From the NCBI GenBank assembly GCA_051117555.1, contig JBNPEG010000144.1, forward strand, positions 1 to 23,024: a DNA stretch of 23,024 bases, given 5' to 3'. The notes beneath the pieces were generated by a model. That model made no database searches, was not told the origin of the DNA, and saw nothing but the letters and a program-made list of their open reading frames with translations. Shown one piece after another: positions 17,488-23,024 of the stretch. The first letter of the stretch is position 1. Each line of letters begins with the position of its first letter. Origin of the DNA: Elainellaceae cyanobacterium (lineage in GTDB: Bacteria > Cyanobacteriota > Cyanobacteriia > CAZCXK01). The position numbers and the translations under genes are program-made.

Positions 17488-18861
17488 TTAACGAACGGAG
17501 AAGGCTTCGCTAAAGCGTCGGGTGACGGGTTCTACGAGAAATGTCAAAACCGACTTCTGACGGGTCACAATTTCGCCAGTTGCCGCCATACCCGGAACAA
17601 GCGGTACATCTTGCCCTCGCACATTGACCGATGTTTGATGGAGTTCAATCTGGGTTAAAAACACTGGACCTAGCTCCTCATCGATTACAGAATTTGGGCT
17701 AATTCGCATTACGGTGCCGTCAATGATGCCAAATTCTTGAAATGGAAATGTCGCAATTTTAACTTTAGTACGCATCCCTTCTGAGATAAATCCGATGTCA
17801 CGGTTGAGCACCTTAACTTCGAGCATCAGATTTTCTGAATCAGGCAAGATAGATAGCAGCTCTTCGCCTGGCTCAATGGTGCTCTCGGCTAGGGTTGCTT
17901 GAATGTTGTAGATCCGTCCCGCAATCGGAGCGCGAATCGTCGCATCCTGGGCTTTGATAGATGCTTCAGCCAGTTGTCCTTCTAAATTCGTCAGTTCTTC
18001 TTGCCGCTGATTGAGTTGAGTTAAGACCTCAGCTTGCCGCTCAGATTGGAGGCGATCGCGCTGTTGAATAGCTGACTGATAAGCCAGTTCAGCTTGTTGC
18101 ACCGCCTGGCGTTGCACTTCGATTTCGCTCTCTAACGACGAGACTCGGTCTTGAGCTTCGGTGAGGCGATCGCGGGCTTCTAAATAATCAAATCGAGGAA
18201 TTGCTCCATCCACCAAATCCCGCAGGCTGGCTTCCCGATCTTGAGCGTTTTCTAAAATTTTCTGCGCATTAGGCAAACTCTCTTGGAGGCGATTGAGCTG
18301 GGCTCTGGCTTCGGCGACCCCTGCTGCCAACCGATTTGCCTCTGACCCTGCCGCTGCCTGCCGGGTATCAAATTCTTGGAGACGGGCTGCCAAAAGCTGA
18401 TCTTGCAGCGCTATCCCTGTGGTTGTTGAGCCCGATCGCTCTGCTTCTAGGCGGGCGATATCTTGACGAATCAGCTCGGCAGACTGCCGGAGGCGGTTGA
18501 CTTCCGCATCAGACAGAGTACCGTCTTGCTCGATGAGAATGTCGCCTGCCTCGACACGATCGCCTTCCTTCACTTGGATATCACTAACCACGCCGCCGTT
18601 AAGCGCTCGCACAGGACGCACCTGGCTCGATGGAATGATCGATCCAGTGGCGATCGCCACCTCATCAACTTTACTAAAATGTGCCCAGCTAATCGTTCCA
18701 AACACCAACAGGCTAAGGCTACCCGCTAGTAAACGAGTGTAGAGGGGAGGCAATTCTCGAACCGCTTTCCCCAATTCGTATGACAAATAATCGTCAGGAT
18801 TAACAAACTGTTGACGGGTTTGGCGGGCTTGAACTGGAGCAGAATTTTGAGACGTTTGCAT
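17488..18861 (-). CDS. HlyD family type I secretion periplasmic adaptor
   Basis: N-terminal TM, lipoyl half VKEGDRVEAGDIL, long coiled coil, IRAPIAG, DIGFISEG, FPFQEFG, PGMAATGEI and FLVEP. Confidence 0.93.
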   Translation of the reverse strand: MQTSQNSAPVQARQTRQQFVNPDDYLSYELGKAVRELPPLYTRLLAGSLSLLVFGTISWAHFSKVDEVAIATGSIIPSSQVRPVRALNGGVVSDIQVKEGDRVEAGDILIEQDGTLSDAEVNRLRQSAELIRQDIARLEAERSGSTTTGIALQDQLLAARLQEFDTRQAAAGSEANRLAAGVAEARAQLNRLQESLPNAQKILENAQDREASLRDLVDGAIPRFDYLEARDRLTEAQDRVSSLESEIEVQRQAVQQAELAYQSAIQQRDRLQSERQAEVLTQLNQRQEELTNLEGQLAEASIKAQDATIRAPIAGRIYNIQATLAESTIEPGEELLSILPDSENLMLEVKVLNRDIGFISEGMRTKVKIATFPFQEFGIIDGTVMRISPNSVIDEELGPVFLTQIELHQTSVNVRGQDVPLVPGMAATGEIVTRQKSVLTFLVEPVTRRFSEAFSVR

Positions 18862-19024
18862 GGATTTAAAGAGCAGGCAATAGAGGGGCGACAGTGACAG
18901 GGGATAAAACAGTCATTGAATCCGTTACGGGTTTAACGAATCATCTCCGTACTTGCATTTTGCCCAACTTTTCTAGGATTTGTCTGCCTAGACATTGAAT
19001 ATGTAGCCCTCCAGGCTTAGGTTT

Positions 19025-19062
19025 GTGTGGTGAGCCCGTGCGTCGCGGAGGGCTCACCACAC
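19025..19062. repeat. Perfect 13-bp stem hairpin, probably part of a degenerate dispersed repeat/MITE
   Basis: GTGTGGTGAGCCC-N12-GGGCTCACCACAC, followed by TGTCCTAAC...CTGCTATA (19069-19096). Confidence 0.6.
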
Positions 19063-19193
19063 GTTAAATGTCCTAACGCAAGCGCATACTGCTATAAGTT
19101 TTCCTTTTGAATTTCATCACAAATGTTTATTTAACTGGGGATCAAAGTCGGAGCCTTTTATGGTTTGATATAAATCAATGCTTTTTCTTGTAT

Positions 19194-19213
19194 TCATAGA
19201 CATAAATCTATGA
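19194..19213. promoter_or_regulatory. CcmR/NdhR (LysR) operator ATAG-N8-CTAT upstream of bicA
   Basis: TCATAG-ACATAAAT-CTATGA, about 175 nt upstream of the bicA ATG. Confidence 0.8.
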
Positions 19214-19388
19214 GCAGTCCATGTCTATTTATCAGGCTTATTCATCCTAGATACCTATAGAGCGTACTTTAGGCATTACTTCTTAAATCTATCGATACCT
19301 CTTATTGCGACTCAAGATTTGCGCAGATTCCCATATCTCCGCCATATCGTCTTAGCTCAATTCAGTTAGTGAGGTAGATGGGGTAACC

Positions 19389-21098
19389 ATGCAACTGACC
19401 AATCGAATTCATTTTCGAAATTTACGCGGTGATATCTTTGGAGGGGTTACGGCAGCGGTCATCGCATTGCCGATGGCACTGGCCTTTGGTGTGGCGTCGG
19501 GTGCTGGCGCAGCGGCTGGTCTATGGGGCGCTGTTTTAGTGGGCTTCTTCGCCGCTTTATTTGGGGGTACACCGACCTTGATTTCTGAACCCACGGGGCC
19601 TATGACCGTGGTGATGACCGCTGTAATCGCGAACCTAACAGCCTCCAATCCTGAAAATGGGATGGCCATGGCATTCACCGTGGTGATGATGGCAGGGATT
19701 TTCCAAATTATTTTTGGTTCTCTGCGGCTGGGTAGATACGTCACGATGATGCCCTATACGGTCATTTCGGGCTTTATGTCCGGTATTGGCATCATTCTTG
19801 TGATTTTGCAGCTTGCTCCATTCCTGGGACAGGCAAGTCCTCCAGGAGGAGTCGTAGGAACATTACAAGCCATACCTGACTTGCTGACCAACATTCAACC
19901 CGCGGAAACGCTATTGGCAGTGGTTACGGTCGCCATCATCTGGTTTATGCCTGGAAGGTTTAAGCGGATTATTCCCCCTCAACTGATTGCCTTGATTGCA
20001 GGAACAGTGCTCTCTCTACTCCTGTTGCCAGGGATTGACATTCGGCGGATTGGCGAAATTCCCTCTGGTTTCCCCGCCCTACAGGTACCCACGTTTAGCG
20101 TTGACCAGCTTCAGCTGATGTTTGTAGATGCGGCTGTGTTGGGGATGTTGGGTTGCATTGACGCCCTGTTAACATCGATGATTGCAGACAGTTTGACTCG
20201 TACCGAGCATAACTCCAATAAAGAATTAATCGGACAAGGACTGGGAAATTTGATGTCTGGTTTATTTGGGGGGCTTGCCGGTGCCGGAGCCACGATGGGA
20301 ACAGTCGTTAACATCCAAACGGGTGGACGGACAGCCCTATCTGGCTTAACGCGTGCGGCTATCCTGCTCGTCGTGATTTTGGGCGCAGCCAACTTGGCCT
20401 CTACGATTCCCCTCGCCGTCCTAGCGGGTATCGCGTTAAAGGTTGGTATTGACATTATCGATTGGGGGTTTCTCAAGCGAGCGCACCAGGTTTCAGTCAA
20501 GGGTGCCCTAATTATGTATGGGGTCATTCTGCTGACCGTTTTGGTTGACCTGATTGCAGCAGTGGGAATCGGTGTCTTTGTCGCCAACATTCTGACGATC
20601 GAGCGTATGAGCGCGTTTCAATCAGAGTCGGTTCGGGCGATTAGCGATGCAGACGATGCGATTCAGCTTGATGCGAATGAGAAGCGCTGGCTTGACGAAG
20701 CCAATGGTCGTGTTCTGCTTTTCCAACTGAGTGGGCCGATGATCTTTGGAGTGGCTAAGGCGATCGCCCGCGAACACAATGCAATCAGGGACTGCGATGC
20801 CATTGTCTTTGACCTAAGCGACGTTCCTCACCTGGGTGTGACCGCATCGTTAGCGCTAGAGAACGCGGTTGAGGAGGCCGTTGAGCAAAAAAGACATGTT
20901 TTCATCGTCGGAGCGACTGGGCAGACCAAGCGCCGCCTTCAAACTCTAAACGTCTTCAATTTGATTCCACCTGACAATCTTTATTTAGACCGGGCTGAAG
21001 CACTGAAGGATGCAGTCTCTATTATATTTCCAGCCGCTGGGCAGCAAACCGCAGAGTTAGATCCATCAGCCGCAAGCCCGGTTGAGCGGGGGGAATAA
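19389..21098 (+). CDS. bicA: Na+-dependent bicarbonate transporter BicA (SulP family with STAS domain)
   Basis: MQLTNRIHFRNLRGDIFGGVTAAVIALPMALAFG, ISEPTGPM, GCIDALLT, GAGATMGT and STAS LSGPMIFGVAKAI...DLSDVPHLGVT. Confidence 0.95.
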   Translation: MQLTNRIHFRNLRGDIFGGVTAAVIALPMALAFGVASGAGAAAGLWGAVLVGFFAALFGGTPTLISEPTGPMTVVMTAVIANLTASNPENGMAMAFTVVMMAGIFQIIFGSLRLGRYVTMMPYTVISGFMSGIGIILVILQLAPFLGQASPPGGVVGTLQAIPDLLTNIQPAETLLAVVTVAIIWFMPGRFKRIIPPQLIALIAGTVLSLLLLPGIDIRRIGEIPSGFPALQVPTFSVDQLQLMFVDAAVLGMLGCIDALLTSMIADSLTRTEHNSNKELIGQGLGNLMSGLFGGLAGAGATMGTVVNIQTGGRTALSGLTRAAILLVVILGAANLASTIPLAVLAGIALKVGIDIIDWGFLKRAHQVSVKGALIMYGVILLTVLVDLIAAVGIGVFVANILTIERMSAFQSESVRAISDADDAIQLDANEKRWLDEANGRVLLFQLSGPMIFGVAKAIAREHNAIRDCDAIVFDLSDVPHLGVTASLALENAVEEAVEQKRHVFIVGATGQTKRRLQTLNVFNLIPPDNLYLDRAEALKDAVSIIFPAAGQQTAELDPSAASPVERGE

Positions 21099-21219
21099 AT
21101 CATGCAATGACTCGTGTTGTTGTCTGTTACCGTGCTGTTTACCCCTGTTGGCAAATATTTGAAACCTGTTGATGACGTGCAAGCACCGCAAATAAGAAGT
21201 CTACTATCTAAGACGATTC

Positions 21220-22644
21220 ATGATGCTATCAACTATCGACGCGAGTTTATCATTATCATTTTCTACATTGGTAGATGCTGGGTCTGTGATACCGTCACTC
21301 CTGGCCACCACTCCAGAATCGGAATACGGTTCCTTTGTGCTGACGGGGGTGTTACTGACTCTCATTGTTGTCTATATCATCAGTAAATTGGGGGGCGAAC
21401 TCTCTAAACGTCTTGACCTCCCGCCTGTTTTGGGCGAATTAGTCGGTGGGGTTGTCGTCGGAATCTCGGCTCTCCACCTCATCGTGTTTCCCGAAACGGG
21501 AGCGGCTGCCTCCGATTCGGCCATGATGGCAGTTTTGCAGCAGCTAGGAAATCTCGATGCAGACGCCGTCATCCACATCTTTCAAAGCCAAAGCGAAGTC
21601 ATCTCTGTGTTGGCTGAATTGGGTGTGATTGTGTTGCTGTTCGAGATTGGTCTGGAGTCGGATCTGCGCGAACTCGGTAAGGTGGGCTACCAAGCTGCTA
21701 TTGTCGCCGTTGTTGGAGTAGTTGCTCCGTTTACCCTAGGAACAGTGGGTCTAGTGATGCTGTTTCACGTCCCAATCATTCCTGCCATTTTTGCTGGGGC
21801 AGCCCTCACGGCAACGAGTATCGGCATCACGTCAAAAGTGCTGTCAGAACTAGGACACCTGAAATCAACGGAAGGGCAAATCATTGTCGGGGCTGCCGTC
21901 ATCGATGATGTGCTAGGCATTATTGTCTTAGCAGTTGTCGCCAGTTTGGCTAAGACGGGTGAAGTCGATTTGGTTAACGTAGTCTACCTAATCGCAAGCG
22001 CCAGTGCCTTTTTGATTGGCTCAATTCTGCTTGGCAAGTTTTTCAATACCAGCTTTGAGGCGATCGCCAATAAGCTGCAAACGCGGGGTGCCTTGTTAAT
22101 CCCTGCGTTTACCTTTGCGCTAGCCATGGCATTCTTAGCGAACGTCATTCACCTAGAAGCAATTTTGGGAGCGTTTGCAGCGGGGTTAGTGCTGGATGAA
22201 ACCGACAAACGCAAAGAGTTAGACCACCAGGTGATGCCAATCGCCGATATCTTGGTGCCAATTTTCTTTGTAACCGTGGGTGCCAAAGCAGACCTGAGTG
22301 TATTAAATCCAGCCGTCGCTGAAAACCGAGCGGGTCTGATTATTGCCGCTTTCTTAATCGCTGTTGCCATCATTGGCAAAGTCGTTACGGGCTGGGCAGT
22401 GTTTGGGCAGCCTGGTATCAATCGACTCGCGATCGGTGTCGGTATGATTCCACGGGGTGAAGTCGGATTAGTCTTTGCGGGCATTGGCTCAGCCAGTGGC
22501 GTTCTAGATAAGCCCTTGGAAGCAGCTATTATCGTGATGGTGATTCTGACTACGTTCTTAGCGCCTCCCTTCTTGCAGTTGGCACTTAAAGGACAAACCG
22601 AATCGGTTCCAGCAGAAACACCAAACCTTACGCCGGTTGAGTAA
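21220..22644 (+). CDS. nhaS3: CPA2 Na+/H+ antiporter NhaS3
   Basis: LPPVLGELVGG, LLFEIGLESD, ALTATSIGIT, GAAVIDDVLG, LGAFAAG, PIFFV and GMIPRGEVGL. Lies downstream of bicA as in known cyanobacterial operons. Confidence 0.9.
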   Translation: MMLSTIDASLSLSFSTLVDAGSVIPSLLATTPESEYGSFVLTGVLLTLIVVYIISKLGGELSKRLDLPPVLGELVGGVVVGISALHLIVFPETGAAASDSAMMAVLQQLGNLDADAVIHIFQSQSEVISVLAELGVIVLLFEIGLESDLRELGKVGYQAAIVAVVGVVAPFTLGTVGLVMLFHVPIIPAIFAGAALTATSIGITSKVLSELGHLKSTEGQIIVGAAVIDDVLGIIVLAVVASLAKTGEVDLVNVVYLIASASAFLIGSILLGKFFNTSFEAIANKLQTRGALLIPAFTFALAMAFLANVIHLEAILGAFAAGLVLDETDKRKELDHQVMPIADILVPIFFVTVGAKADLSVLNPAVAENRAGLIIAAFLIAVAIIGKVVTGWAVFGQPGINRLAIGVGMIPRGEVGLVFAGIGSASGVLDKPLEAAIIVMVILTTFLAPPFLQLALKGQTESVPAETPNLTPVE

Positions 22645-22726
22645 GTCAGGTGACACAAAAATCCGGTTGCTTACGATAGTAGCCGGGCGATCGCCCCTTT
22701 CCGATAATCAACTGCTGCTCCAAGGT

Positions 22727-22846
22727 TCAGAGACTCTTTAAAGAGGTTCAAGGACTCTCTAGACACTCTCAGAGGCTCTTTAAAGAGATTCAAAGACTCT
22801 CTAGACACTCTCAGAGGCTCTTTAAGGAGGTTCAGAGACTCTCTAG
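22727..22846. repeat. 42-bp tandem repeat (about 2.9 copies, made of two related 21-bp subunits)
   Basis: TCAGAG(A/G)CTCTTTAA(A/G)GAG(G/A)TTCA(A/G)(G/A)GACTCTCTAGACACTC starting at 22727, 22769 and 22811. Confidence 0.9.
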
Positions 22847-22876
22847 TTACAGATATGGGTAGGATGAGTTTCTAGC

Positions 22877-23024
22877 GTAGGTTGGGTTGAGGTCACGAAA
22901 CCCAACAGCAGAAACCCTTTCGTTGGGTTACGCTATCGCTAACCCAACCTACTATTCTAGCTGTGCTACGCCAGTAGGTTGGGTTGAGGTCACGTAGTTG
23001 CAGATATTTGTAGGATGGGCAAAG
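22877..23024. repeat. Cluster of GTAG-type REP elements (inverted doublet plus partial copies)
   Basis: GTAGGTTGGGTTGAGGTCACGAAACCCAAC ... GTTGGGTTACGCTATCGCTAACCCAACCTAC (22877-22952). GTAGGTTGGGTTGAGGTCACG is repeated at 22974, and GTAGGATGGGC is at the window end. Confidence 0.8.

Larger units (their letters stand above)
545..22694. repeat. Dispersed HIP1 octamers (GCGATCGC), about 27 copies
   Basis: Examples at 545, 1085, 3441, 7874, 11500, 16775, 20760 and 22687; a cyanobacterial genomic hallmark. Confidence 0.9.

Noticed and set aside
19409..22658. Antisense ORFs of 111, 159, 68 and 169 aa within bicA and nhaS3
   Set aside because: They are typical shadow ORFs opposite hydrophobic membrane-protein genes, with no recognisable motifs.
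22663..22700. Intrinsic terminator after nhaS3
   Set aside because: The hairpins are imperfect or are just a HIP1 palindrome, and the T-tract is only 3 nt, so support is too weak.
22727..23024. CRISPR array
   Set aside because: The repeats are directly tandem or REP-like hairpins with no unique equal-length spacers, and no cas genes are in the window.

Overview
This is a cyanobacterial chromosomal window (about 27 HIP1 GCGATCGC octamers counted by eye) with 20 credible CDSs and no CRISPR array, rRNA, tRNA or intact transposase. From left to right it holds: a Psb35-related small membrane protein and pgr5 under an RpaB/HLR1-type triple repeat; tsaB; a DppC/OppC permease; DUF1823; pyk; a divergent gpgS / glucosylglycerate phosphorylase pair around a perfect NtcA box; msrP divergent from an HdrB-like CCG protein; and a Roadblock-like hypothetical. 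Next is a second NtcA-box divergon, with a stand-alone allophanate-hydrolase-C-like/GGCT protein and a dihydropyrimidinase on one side. On the other side is a PotABD-like ABC importer interrupted by a REP element and a LysE gene and lacking its second permease. The window ends with an orphan HlyD adaptor, bicA-nhaS3 with a CcmR/NdhR box, a 42-bp tandem repeat and GTAG-type REPs. The best candidate for an uncharacterised system is the putative nitrogen-regulated cyclic-amide/ureide scavenging module at about 10.8-17.5 kb. All calls come from motif recognition by eye; no database searches were run.
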